Shown: positions 1 through 8,794 of the stretch, piece by piece | Layout of the letters: each line of letters begins with the position of its first letter | Numbering within the stretch: the stretch's first letter is position 1 | Source of the DNA: a virus | Lineage: Duplodnaviria; Heunggongvirae; Uroviricota; Caudoviricetes | IMG/VR virus record: IMGVR_UViG_2563366797_000003 | Length of the DNA: 40,813 nt | Direction: 5' to 3' (one strand) | Translations under genes and position numbers: made by a program | Notes under the pieces: generated by a model | What the model was told of the DNA's origin: nothing | Seen by the model: the letters and a program-made list of their open reading frames with translations, nothing else | The model's database searches: none

Positions 1-1194
1 ATGATCACCGACACAAAGCTCAGGAAGGCGCTCGGCAAGAAAAGAGATGATATCGAGATTATTTCTGATTCGCACGGGCTCAACGCCAGAATCAGCCAGG
101 CCGGAAAAATATCATTTTTCTATCGGTATCGCTGGGCCGGTAAAGCGGTAAAACTCAATGTTGGTGATTATCCTGCAATGAGTATCACCCAGGCAAGAGA
201 GCGTCGCCAACAATTCAGAAACTGGTTAACTGAGGGACTGGATCCGCGAGAGCAGGTGAAGCTGGATAAGCAGACCCGACAGGAAGCGATGTCCGTTGCC
301 GAAGCGTTCAATTACTGGATTGAAAGGCACTGTATCGCTAACGGGCTAGTTAAAGTCGATTACTATCGCCAGGTGTTTGAGAAACATATCGCCGAACCGA
401 TGAAGAATGTCAAAGTCGATAACACAGCGAAAATGCACTGGATCAACGTCTTCGATTCTATAGAAAGCAGGGTGATGGCTCATTACATGCTTTCGCTGTG
501 CAAACGGGCGTTTAGGTTCTGCGTTAACAGAAGTGTGATCGCCTCAAACCCACTCGAGGGATTACTGCCATCTGATGTCGGGCAAAAGCCTAAAAAGAGA
601 ACTCGCAGGATGGACGATGACGATCTGCGCAAAATCTATCAGTGGTTGAAAAGCCATATGTCGATAGAGTCCGTTTTCCTGGTGAAATTTATTATGCTTA
701 CCGGATGCCGTACGGCTGAGATTCGACTTAGTGAGAGATCATGGTTTCGATTGGATGATAATGAGTGGGTCGTGCCTGCGGGCAGTTATAAAACTCGGGT
801 ACATATTAGAAGGGGACTCTCAGACGCCGCCGTTAACCTGGTCAGAAATCACCTCAAGAAAATAAACACCAATCACCTGGTGACTTCACAACGTAAAATT
901 GATGGCGGGATCAAAGATTCGCCCGTTCATTCACCTGTGGCATCCAATTACGCCCGTTCTATTTGGAATGGAACAGGTATGGCAGAGTGGTCGCTTCATG
1001 ATATGAGGCGGACGATAGCCACAAATCTCTCTGAGTTAGGTTGCCCGCCGCACGTAATTGAAAAGCTGCTCGGGCATCAGATGGTGGGGGTTATGGCGCA
1101 TTACAACCTTCATGACTATATCGATGATCAGAAACACTGGCTCCGCGTTTGGCAGAGCCATCTTGAAGAGATCATCGGAGAGCCCTTCAGTTAA
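1..1194 (+). CDS. int: Tyrosine-type site-specific integrase (P4-like family)
   Basis: 397-aa ORF; N-terminal arm-binding-like region ([23 protein letters not shown]), C-terminal catalytic region with HxxR-like and conserved Tyr (MRRTIATNL...LLGHQ...MAHYN). Sits at the genome edge next to an excisionase-like gene. Confidence 0.9.
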
Positions 1195-1433
1195 TTTATC
1201 TTCTTTTTATCCTCCCACTCTTTGATTGACTCAGAGCGCCAGCGGTTAGGGTTGCCGGGCCAGTCAGGGGGTGGGAACGGGCATACGAAGCCCCGAGGCA
1301 TTGTGTCTGCACTTTGCCATGACCAAAGGGTTTTGCGTGAAATTTTGTAGCGACTGGTCAGGTCTGACGTTACCAAAATATCATCCATAGCTCTCTCCAG
1401 TTGCCCGTTCGGGCCATTCAAAATCTTTTTCAA
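1191..1433 (-). CDS. xis: AlpA/Xis-like excisionase or small DNA-binding regulator
   Basis: 80-aa ORF overlapping the int stop by 4 nt; sequence [10 protein letters not shown]...[10 protein letters not shown] resembles AlpA-family HTH excisionases. Position next to int. Confidence 0.55.
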
Positions 1434-1672
1434 CCAACCTGCCCGGGCAGGGAGCGGAGACGGCGCATGCCGGTCATCGCTGTGGCCACGTAGCTCGCCT
1501 TTCGGTTCACCACCTCCACCCAGACTTTCACGCCTTCAACCTTCACCGTATAAGTCTCTTTCATCTTGCTTCGCCCATAGTCGCCATATGTTTGCAAGTG
1601 AGCTGCCAGCGCGATGTCGCATGCTTGGCGAGCTAAAGGTGATTGCTTACTTCCTCGATTGATCAGTCGCAT
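1430..1672 (-). CDS. Hypothetical small early protein
   Basis: 80-aa ORF with a strong AAGGAG Shine-Dalgarno 7 nt upstream of the ATG; lies between the annealing-protein gene and xis in the leftward operon. No recognisable family. Confidence 0.45.
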   Translation of the reverse strand: MRLINRGSKQSPLARQACDIALAAHLQTYGDYGRSKMKETYTVKVEGVKVWVEVVNRKASYVATAMTGMRRLRSLPGQVG

Positions 1673-1710
1673 ATAATCTCCTTGAGGGAGGGTTACCCCT
1701 CCCGGTCTCG

Positions 1711-2829
1711 TCAGGCCACGTATTCCGGTTTCATATCCGCCAGGGTGATGCTGAATTGATCGTGCAGTTCATCGCCTAAGTGACGCTTTGAAGATGCAAG
1801 CATGCGCTCGGCTTCAGCGAACCGTTCGGCTGCATGCGGCTCGTCGGGCTGGGGCAGGGATTTAATAGCCTCCTCAACCTTGTTGCGTGCATCCACTAGG
1901 TAATAACGCTTTACGGCTTTGTTTTTCAGCTCGGTGAATAGTGCGGATCCCAGCGTAGCTTTCGCCGTTTCAATGTCGGCACGCAGCGATTTGGCGCTAT
2001 CCACGTCCTGAGCAGATTCGATGCGTTCGCGGAAATCATCGGCAAGAGAGTCGACATTTACCGACGATTCCTGTGCGCTTTGCGTGGTTGTGACGGTGTC
2101 ACCTGAGATATCAGCCAGGCTAACGCGTTGCGGCGTTGGGTTGATCTCTTTTTCTGTGCGCTGTTCAATCTCATCAGGGGTGTACACACCAAGAACAACT
2201 GCAGGGCAATATAGGCGCGCCCAGTATTTGAGTGCCAGATAAGCGATCTGCTGTTTCGGGTTTGATACCCAAAGTGGAGAATTACGTGTGATTACGCTGG
2301 AGAGGAAAACAGGCTCTCCCCAGGTGATATCACTTTCACCGCGAATAACGGCACCTACCCGTACCGACAGTCCTTGTTCATCAGCACTTTCCCAACCGCG
2401 TACCATTTCTTTCTTGTCGTACGTCCCGCCACCTTTCGCAGGCTTTTTAACGGTTATCTCGCGGCTGCTGGCACATTTCGACCAGTCGCCCTCGTACTCA
2501 TAGTGAAAGCGGCCAACGATGGCGTTTGAGCTGGAGATCACCGCATTAACCAGTTGCGCTTCGTATCCCAGGACACCGTTAACCAGGTGCGTCTTTTGCG
2601 CCACGGCGTAAGGGTTCATACCCCACTGCATCGCCTGCATGATGATGGCCATGCAGTCTGCCGGATTGCCGCGGAGGTGCTCAGGCACCGTTACGGCTGC
2701 CTGTGCCATCAACCCGGCGACAGACTGAAGCTGGGTTAAAGCCTGCACGTTGAAAATGGCATTGCTGGCTGAGATCGTGTTTGGAGTCTGCTGTTCAGCG
2801 GTTACGATATTCGTGTTTTCCATCATCAT
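1711..2829 (-). CDS. Single-strand annealing protein, RecT/Redβ (Bet-like) family, with a ~150-aa C-terminal extension
   Basis: 372-aa ORF immediately downstream of the RecE-like gene on the same strand. Core region (QWGMNPYAVAQKTHLV...GYEAQLVNAVI...KQQIAYLALKYWARLYCPAVVLGVYTPDE) parallels lambda Bet blocks (QYGLNPWTKEIYAF...KRMLRHKAMIQCARLAFGFAGIYDKDE). Confidence 0.7.
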   Translation of the reverse strand: MMMENTNIVTAEQQTPNTISASNAIFNVQALTQLQSVAGLMAQAAVTVPEHLRGNPADCMAIIMQAMQWGMNPYAVAQKTHLVNGVLGYEAQLVNAVISSSNAIVGRFHYEYEGDWSKCASSREITVKKPAKGGGTYDKKEMVRGWESADEQGLSVRVGAVIRGESDITWGEPVFLSSVITRNSPLWVSNPKQQIAYLALKYWARLYCPAVVLGVYTPDEIEQRTEKEINPTPQRVSLADISGDTVTTTQSAQESSVNVDSLADDFRERIESAQDVDSAKSLRADIETAKATLGSALFTELKNKAVKRYYLVDARNKVEEAIKSLPQPDEPHAAERFAEAERMLASSKRHLGDELHDQFSITLADMKPEYVA

Positions 2830-2834
2830 TCCCC

Positions 2835-5800
2835 TTATGCCTGAGTACGCAGCGCTTCAAGGCGGCGCAGGTCGAAGTCGTTCAGTTCGTCGGTGTAGTC
2901 AGCAGTGATTGGCGCTGGCCATTCACCTGTGTCGAATCCGGTTGCGATATTGCGCATCGCTTTGCGGTACTCGAGCATACCCAGCTCCAGTAGTTCAGCG
3001 GATGCCTCGATGATGGCGATCCAGTGGTAGTTCTCGTCTTTGTTGACGAAAATCCAGAAGAACTGATCCAGCGCTGCGGTTTCGCAGTACATAGCCGCGC
3101 TCAGGTGATAATCACGTTCAATAATTTCCCGGTGTAGCCTGGCGCGCAGGCTTTCCTGCTTAACATTCCACATGCTGATGGTTTTCAGGTCTGCACCTAT
3201 ACGCACGCCATCCAGGTCGATCTCAAGGTCAGGGCGCACACGAACTTCCAAGCCCGTCTCCTCGTCAAAACCAAAGTAGCTCACCTCAACGGCTCGGCTA
3301 GGGTGGGTCAGCAGCATGCCGGCGGTCGGGTGTGCCAGAAGCGCTTTTTGAATATTCAGCGCGGTGCTCAGCTGCTGGCGGGTGACCAGCACTTTTCCTT
3401 CCGGGTTATCGCGCCAGGCATCCAGCAGTTCGTCGGCAAATACGGCATCTGGTTTGACTGCCTTCACGGCCTGGATCATGTCTGCTTTGGTACCGGACAC
3501 TTTCAGTGGTGCCGGTTTCTGTGCTTCCTGAGCCACAAGGTCAGGGTTGATGATTGCCAACTGCTCCAGCAGCGCGTCACGGCTGCCGCTGGTTTTAACC
3601 GGCGGCGGCAGGGTGGCGTTGTACTCTTTAATGCATGCCTTCATTGCCGTCGCCGTCTGCTTCTGGTCACCATCAATACGCTGGAAGTCAGCTGGCAGCG
3701 CCATATAGTTCTGTGCCGTTTCTTCCAGGTTAGCGCCAAGCGGAACCTGCGGCGGCAGGGTGGCGTTGTACTCTTCCAGTAACACCTTGATGTCGTCGGC
3801 AGACAGCAGCGCCGGCAGGCTGGCATTGTGCTCATCGATAAAGGCGCGCAGGGTCGCGGCCGTTGTGAATGCGCCTTCAGGGATCACCGGTTCAACGCTG
3901 AATTCTGCGTCCAGTAGTTCAGGCTGCAACGCCAGCGCATGCACCAAGTTGCCCATGTCCAGCACCGCTGAGCGCTCTTTGACGATGGTTTTCTCTACGT
4001 GGCGCGCATTGAAGTACATCAGCGAAACGCGCGCATCTTTCACCTGGGTTGAGCTGATGCCGTTGGCGGCGTGGTAAACCTCGTTTGGCAGCCCTTCATA
4101 GCGGCCTGGCTCGAAATAAGCGGGATAAACAACAGCTGGTTCGTCAGATTGCGCTTCTGGCTCGGTTTGTGCTGCAACTGGTTCGGTTTGGCTTACAGAA
4201 TCGCTATTTTTGGCGACAGAATCCGTATTCTGGTCTACATCGTCCTTCTGGCTGGTATCTGACTCTTCACCAGACTCCAGACTGCTTTCGCCTGGCTGTA
4301 CTTCATCACCAGCTTGTTTTTCATCACTGACAGTTTCTTGAACCTGCACATTGCTGGTGGTCTCCGTAGCCTTTTTCGTGCCATGAGTTGCTGAGTTCTG
4401 CAGCAAAGCCGTAACGTCGAATATTCCGTTGCCGACATTTTTAACCAGTTCTTGTTCGACTTTCTGCGGTTGTGCTGCCGCTTCCTCTGCGCGGCGGCGT
4501 GCTCCTTCTTCACGCACGCGTTGCAGGTTCTCTTCGTGAGTGCAGAAGGATTTGCGCGGAGACTCCTTACCTTCAGGTTGGGGAATTTCCTGTGCTGCGG
4601 GTTCAGCCTCATGCAACGGCAATAACTCGACCGCGGAATTGAACGCGGCTGTCATGGTCTGGTTAACAAATTCCAGGTGAGCGACAGGAGTTAAATGAAT
4701 ATTTTCCGGTGCGATACGTACCAGGTTAAAAATAGCCGTGCGGTTAACACCCAGAACGCCTGGCTGATTGCGCAGGATGTTGCTCCATGATTTCCATGGT
4801 TCTTCTTTTTTGGTCACGATTTCTTTAGCGCGACGAAGAATGCTGCCCGGGATCTCGAAGTGGTTGAAGTCCATAGGCAGAAGGGCACACGCAATCTCTA
4901 AATCGAGAGTGTCCAGTGTGTGGTGTGCGTCAGGTCCACGGTCAGTGACGTAACCGCCGTCGGCATTAGTGCCGGAATCAGTACGCTGCACACTACTGAT
5001 GCGATTACCGGCGGCCCATTCGCGAACGAGGATACCGCGGTCGATGTGATCTGTAGCGAACCACAATTTCAAAAACTGGATTAAGGTTGCGAGTTCAGGG
5101 ATTTTTCCATCGACAGGGAAGACTTTCTTAACGGCATTCACGACTTTATGAATATCGTGCTCAATGGCTTTTTTGAATGCTTCCACATTCTCAGCTGCCA
5201 GCAGCAGGTTCTGGACGTACGCGTCATCGGTGTCCATCTCAAGGCGGACAATCTCATTTTTCTGCCCTGCGTCGATGTGATAGAGATATTCACCATCACC
5301 GATGAACTGAGCCAGTACGCGCTGGCGGAATGGCAGGGTGGCAACAACGATCAGGTTCGGTTGCTGTGTCTGCTGGGATTGCTCTTCGGTATCGACTTCA
5401 CCATCAACGACGCCACCTTCTGCCCGGCCGTTCTCGTCGGTCTGGATACCGTCCTCAACAGTGAGATCTTGACCCGTTGTAACGTCAGCAGCGTTGCTGG
5501 TTTCAGTTTTGAGCAACTGCAACTTACCACTGCGCCAGTCTTCTACCAGTTGATTGCGGTCACCGGCATCGGTGTTCACCCAGTCAGACATGAATGCAGC
5601 GATCAATCTTGGCTCGTGCTCTTCGTCTGGTGTGAAAATGTCCTTAACCGCCCGAATCATTTTCCACTCAGCATTCAGGCTGAGTTTGGCGGTCGCGGGC
5701 ACATCGTTCCTTGCCACAAGCAGGCTATGGAGATATGTATTGCCTTCATCCAGTGACATTTCGCTGGCAGCCAACTGCTGCTCTTTAGTGACGTGGGTTT

Positions 5801-6224
5801 GGTATTTATCGTTCATCAGATGGACGGCAAAGCGGACCGCTGGAGTACGGTTTTCAACCGGGACAATTTCGGACGCAGTCGCATCTTCAACGATTACGGT
5901 CGGAGTAGGTGTGTAGGGGGCGTCAACGGAACCAGTAGACACACCAGCGGCTTTTGGCAGCCAGGTGCGCCCATCGTCCTGAAGCTCGTAGCGATCACAC
6001 CAGGTAAAATCAACTTCACCTTCTTTCGGCAGGCCGTCGACAACTGGGAAATCAGTGCGAATCGGTTTGGCGTAGTCCTTACCCCGACCTGTTTCGATAC
6101 CTGCATCTTCCAGCGCAACATCCAGCATCAGATTGGCGCGAGCCTCGGTTTTAGCAGTGAACCAGACCACTGCATCTTGCTTTCCGGATTTCTGAGTGGC
6201 TTTAACCACATTAAAGAATTCCAT
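2835..6224 (-). CDS. recE: RecE-like 5'-3' exonuclease (exonuclease VIII family), unusually large at 1129 aa
   Basis: Long ORF directly upstream of the annealing-protein gene. C-terminal region has RecE/YqaJ-type nuclease-like blocks (PAYFEPGRYEGLPNEVYHAANGISSTQ...; ...ERDYHLSAAMYCETAALDQFFWIFVNKDENYHWIAIIEA). N-terminal two thirds are acidic and low-complexity. Confidence 0.65.
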   Translation of the reverse strand: MEFFNVVKATQKSGKQDAVVWFTAKTEARANLMLDVALEDAGIETGRGKDYAKPIRTDFPVVDGLPKEGEVDFTWCDRYELQDDGRTWLPKAAGVSTGSVDAPYTPTPTVIVEDATASEIVPVENRTPAVRFAVHLMNDKYQTHVTKEQQLAASEMSLDEGNTYLHSLLVARNDVPATAKLSLNAEWKMIRAVKDIFTPDEEHEPRLIAAFMSDWVNTDAGDRNQLVEDWRSGKLQLLKTETSNAADVTTGQDLTVEDGIQTDENGRAEGGVVDGEVDTEEQSQQTQQPNLIVVATLPFRQRVLAQFIGDGEYLYHIDAGQKNEIVRLEMDTDDAYVQNLLLAAENVEAFKKAIEHDIHKVVNAVKKVFPVDGKIPELATLIQFLKLWFATDHIDRGILVREWAAGNRISSVQRTDSGTNADGGYVTDRGPDAHHTLDTLDLEIACALLPMDFNHFEIPGSILRRAKEIVTKKEEPWKSWSNILRNQPGVLGVNRTAIFNLVRIAPENIHLTPVAHLEFVNQTMTAAFNSAVELLPLHEAEPAAQEIPQPEGKESPRKSFCTHEENLQRVREEGARRRAEEAAAQPQKVEQELVKNVGNGIFDVTALLQNSATHGTKKATETTSNVQVQETVSDEKQAGDEVQPGESSLESGEESDTSQKDDVDQNTDSVAKNSDSVSQTEPVAAQTEPEAQSDEPAVVYPAYFEPGRYEGLPNEVYHAANGISSTQVKDARVSLMYFNARHVEKTIVKERSAVLDMGNLVHALALQPELLDAEFSVEPVIPEGAFTTAATLRAFIDEHNASLPALLSADDIKVLLEEYNATLPPQVPLGANLEETAQNYMALPADFQRIDGDQKQTATAMKACIKEYNATLPPPVKTSGSRDALLEQLAIINPDLVAQEAQKPAPLKVSGTKADMIQAVKAVKPDAVFADELLDAWRDNPEGKVLVTRQQLSTALNIQKALLAHPTAGMLLTHPSRAVEVSYFGFDEETGLEVRVRPDLEIDLDGVRIGADLKTISMWNVKQESLRARLHREIIERDYHLSAAMYCETAALDQFFWIFVNKDENYHWIAIIEASAELLELGMLEYRKAMRNIATGFDTGEWPAPITADYTDELNDFDLRRLEALRTQA
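3603..3835. repeat. Three direct copies of a ~25-bp coding repeat inside the RecE-like gene
   Basis: cggcggcagggtggcgttgtactctt at 3603-3629 and 3747-3777, with a diverged copy gccggcaggctggcattgtgctcat at 3811-3835. On the coding strand these give EYNATLPP, EYNATLPP and EHNASLPA. Confidence 0.7.
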
Positions 6225-6363
6225 GTGAGATCCTCATTTTTGGGTGTTAGAATCCCCGGACCATTGATAGCGCCCATTGGGTTAACTTTGGTTTTAATGT
6301 TGTTTCCGGTGTAACTTTGGTCGGTACCACCGGACGTAGATCCCGCCTTGCGCGGGGTTTTCG

Positions 6364-6525
6364 TTATGCTTCGTGGGCCATCTGGTCGAACGAAGCGCAA
6401 CGTACTGAACAGTAATCACGTTGCTCGCGTTTCAACTGCGTGCCGTGGATAAAGAGCAGTTCGTTTTTAACTTCCTTCCCTTGCTTGATCGGCTTGCGGC
6501 AGTACGCGCATTTTTTCTCCTGCAT
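6364..6525 (-). CDS. Small Cys4 zinc-ribbon-like protein (53 aa); position analogous to Rac-prophage ydaE
   Basis: Not in the supplied track because it is under 60 aa. ATG at 6525 preceded by GGAG; translation MQEKKCAYCRKPIKQGKEVKNELLFIHGTQLKREQRDYCSVRCASFDQMAHEA has CxxC...CxxxC. Lies just upstream of the RecE-like gene on the same strand. Confidence 0.45.
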   Translation of the reverse strand: MQEKKCAYCRKPIKQGKEVKNELLFIHGTQLKREQRDYCSVRCASFDQMAHEA

Positions 6526-6536
6526 AACTCACTCCG

Positions 6537-6743
6537 TTAATGGCTAAGGCCATGTCCTAAACCGTTTAGATAAACCTCAACCAGCAAATCTTTGGTGTAG
6601 GTACGTTCGATGCCACGGTGAAGATACAGGCGACCGCGTGCGTTAGCAGATGCGGTCCAGGTTGAGTCTTTGTGTTTTACAAGCATCCCCGGCTGAACTG
6701 CGCCGCGGTTTACTGTCTGTGTACCGTAGTGCTGATGAACCAT
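6537..6743 (-). CDS. Hypothetical early-left protein (68 aa from the internal ATG)
   Basis: The track ORF 6537..6845 begins with GTG and has no RBS; an internal ATG at 6743 has GGAG 8 nt upstream. Position is analogous to kil-type genes of lambdoid left operons, but no sequence match can be asserted. Confidence 0.3.
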   Translation of the reverse strand: MVHQHYGTQTVNRGAVQPGMLVKHKDSTWTASANARGRLYLHRGIERTYTKDLLVEVYLNGLGHGLSH

Positions 6744-7195
6744 GATGTACTCCAGTTTTTCTGAGTGAACTTCGCTGGTGTTGCTGCGGCGCTGATCTTC
6801 ACGGTTGAGCGCTTTAACTCTGCAATTCACCACCGCGAAGCTCACTTCTGTGCTTTGCCCTTGTCGCCAAGCTGGCGGAACGTTTCAAACCTACTGCGCG
6901 TTTAAGTATTGTTTTGAATACCAAAACCGAGTCAAATCAGCTTTAGTATTGCCACTCTCAAGTGGTTATCTGTCTTTGAGTTTGTGGATGATGATCTGCA
7001 TCATCACAGTCCATACCAGATTGGTTATTGCAACCGCTATAGCTGCTGTAGAAACCAAAGTCGCTAACGAGTAGTTGTCTGCCATAAATCAATCCATCCT
7101 TTACATCCTGAGGACGTTTCACCCTTATCGCCTTATCGCCGGCCAGCGGAGTTTTGGGCCATCTGCGCATTTGTGTGCGTTGTTTGGATGAGGTG

Positions 7196-7261
7196 ATAAT
7201 AGCTAAAGCGATTATTTGAATCAATCGCCTAAACGATAATATATTTAGATAAAGCGATAAT
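7196..7261 (-). promoter_or_regulatory. Leftward early promoter (pL-like) with OL operator sites
   Basis: On the minus strand: -35 TTGATT (plus 7219-7224), 17-bp spacer, -10 TATTAT (plus 7196-7201). Overlapping 14-bp dyads ATAGCTAAAGCGAT (7199-7212) and ATCGCCTAAACGAT (7224-7237), plus a weaker half-site at 7245-7258. Same ATCGC-N4-GCGAT motif as at OR. Confidence 0.5.
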
Positions 7262-7352
7262 TTTATGATTTATAAGATTATTTATTTGTTCGAGAAATGT
7301 GTGAGGAAATGACATTAGCGAAGTGATTGGGGGAAATTTAATCTGGTGAGGC

Positions 7353-7376
7353 AATAAAAAACCCGGCAAGCCGGGT
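7353..7376 (-). terminator. Intrinsic terminator downstream of cI
   Basis: Hairpin acccggcaagccgggt (7361-7376) immediately 3' of the cI stop, followed on the minus strand by a T-run (plus-strand aaaaaa at 7355-7360). Confidence 0.6.
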
Positions 7377-8069
7377 TTATGCGAAGCGCTTGTAGTCTAT
7401 TGATTGTCTCAGTAGCACTTTAGCCATTACGTAGAACTGATCTTCGTCTTCTGACTCAATATACCATTTCTCGTAGATAGGGTTGTCTGAGATAACAGCA
7501 AGCCGATCTCTTTGCATCTGAAGCCTTTTGACGTGCAGAGTTTTTCCGAACACAAATACGTAAACACCATCACCATCAAAATGAGTCACGCCAGTATCAA
7601 CAAAAATTTGATCTCCTGGTGAGATGGTTCCATCCATGCTGTCGCCGTTCACGGTAATAACTTTTACATTAGCTGCGGGGCGATTTCCGAAAAGTGCGCG
7701 AGCCTGTTCAGTTGTGTATTCGATTGCTCTTATGGTTTCGATAAAATCGCTGGTAACTAGCGAGCCAGGACCGGCGCTGGCCTTAACGTCAAGCACATCC
7801 ACGCGGTATATCTCATTCAAAACTGGTTTAATTTGGTATGGCGTGTTTACTTCGCGAATGCCAGATTCAAACATTTCACCTTGTCCTGTTGAAAGCCATT
7901 CAGGACGCACACCAAGAACAGATGCGATCTCTACTGTTTTTCGTGAGCCTTTCGCACCTTTAAGCAATTTATTTACGCTGGACTGAGCCATACCAACATC
8001 TTTCGCCAGCTTAGCCTGCGTATATCCAGCGACGTCCATTGCGTGCCCTAAGCGTTCTGAAAATCCCAT
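7377..8069 (-). CDS. cI: CI-type phage repressor (N-terminal HTH plus C-terminal S24 LexA-like peptidase domain)
   Basis: 230 aa; HTH region (YTQAKLAKDVGMAQSSVNKLLKG) and S24 autocleavage-type C-terminus (VNGDSMDGTISPGDQIFVD...KTLHVKRL). Divergent from a cro-like gene with an operator cluster between them. Confidence 0.9.
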   Translation of the reverse strand: MGFSERLGHAMDVAGYTQAKLAKDVGMAQSSVNKLLKGAKGSRKTVEIASVLGVRPEWLSTGQGEMFESGIREVNTPYQIKPVLNEIYRVDVLDVKASAGPGSLVTSDFIETIRAIEYTTEQARALFGNRPAANVKVITVNGDSMDGTISPGDQIFVDTGVTHFDGDGVYVFVFGKTLHVKRLQMQRDRLAVISDNPIYEKWYIESEDEDQFYVMAKVLLRQSIDYKRFA

Positions 8070-8082
8070 AAAAGCCTCTGTT

Positions 8083-8170
8083 TAAGTCCCCTTTAAATGG
8101 TATCGCTAAGGCGATTGCTTGGCAAAAAATCGCATAGGCGATTGACAATCGCTAAAGTGATATCCATAAT
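8083..8170. promoter_or_regulatory. OR region: three 14-bp operator dyads with divergent PRM-like and PR-like promoters
   Basis: Dyads ATCGCTAAGGCGAT (8102-8115), ATCGCATAGGCGAT (8129-8142), ATCGCTAAAGTGAT (8148-8161). Rightward promoter: -35 TTGACA 8143-8148, 16-bp spacer, -10 CATAAT 8165-8170. Leftward candidate: -35 revcomp of 8119-8124, -10 revcomp of 8091-8096. Confidence 0.6.
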
Positions 8171-8197
8171 CGTTTTAAACTAATAGCTGAGGTGATT

Positions 8198-8431
8198 ATG
8201 AAGAACCCCGCAGTAGAAAAAGCGATTGCCCTTGTCGGTAGTCAGAAAGAGTTAGCTAAACGCTGTGGAAAGGCCCAATCAACGATTTGTGATTGGTTGA
8301 ATGGGAAGAAGCGTATTTCTCCTGTTCATGTCCCAGACCTTGTTAATGCCGTTAACGGAGAAATTCAGGCATACGAATTTCGACCTGATCTTCCATCCAT
8401 TTTTCCACATCCAAATAACCATGCCATTTAG
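8198..8431 (+). CDS. cro: Cro-like HTH regulator (Cro/YdaS type)
   Basis: Small ORF divergent from cI, immediately downstream of the PR-like promoter. ATG at 8198 with GAGGTGA upstream (the track's start at 8192 is a GTG). HTH-like segment SQKELAKRCGKAQSTICDWLNGKK. Confidence 0.7.
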   Translation: MKNPAVEKAIALVGSQKELAKRCGKAQSTICDWLNGKKRISPVHVPDLVNAVNGEIQAYEFRPDLPSIFPHPNNHAI

Positions 8432-8472
8432 TCAAACCAGTGGCGTAACTCACTTTATGAGGGTTATCACCC

Positions 8473-8793
8473 ATGGAGAACGCAATCGCACGAAAGTTAG
8501 ACCCGCCAATTATCAATCCGGTTGAGATCGAAAGTGTCCTGCTCAACCGGCTTGCATCAGTGGGTCAGAAGTCTTACGCCGAGTATATGGGCATAAGCGA
8601 GTCGACAGCCAGCAGGCGCAAAGCAGAGGGGCATTTTAGCACCATGGCGAAAGAGCTGGCCTTCTTGGGTATTCAGGCTGCGCCACCGGAAGCGGTGCTG
8701 GTGTCACGTGAATATCTGGCCTCAGTCGAAACGCTCGCTGATATCGGACTGAAAGCCGAAAGGGCAAGGCCAGGGCCGCTGGGGTGGGATTGA
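8473..8793 (+). CDS. cII: CII-like transcriptional activator
   Basis: 106 aa; IESVLLNRLASVGQKSYAEYMGISESTASRRK parallels lambda CII IESALLNKIAMLGTEKTAEAVGVDKSQISRWK. Position between cro and O. Confidence 0.7.
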   Translation: MENAIARKLDPPIINPVEIESVLLNRLASVGQKSYAEYMGISESTASRRKAEGHFSTMAKELAFLGIQAAPPEAVLVSREYLASVETLADIGLKAERARPGPLGWD

Positions 8794-8794
8794 A

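Noticed and set aside
3303-5756. Several plus-strand ORFs (3303..3782, 3760..4077, 5148..5756 and others) inside the RecE-like gene
   Set aside because: All are antisense to the 1129-aa minus-strand gene, lack RBS context and have Cys/Arg-rich compositions typical of out-of-frame translation.
6958-7224. 88-aa minus-strand track ORF overlapping the OL operators, considered as an N-like antiterminator
   Set aside because: Its 5' part overlaps the promoter and operator sequences, and the internal ATG at 7170 lacks an RBS; the basic N-terminus does not show a convincing arginine-rich motif. It is covered as one of several unresolved candidates in the findings rather than called as a feature.
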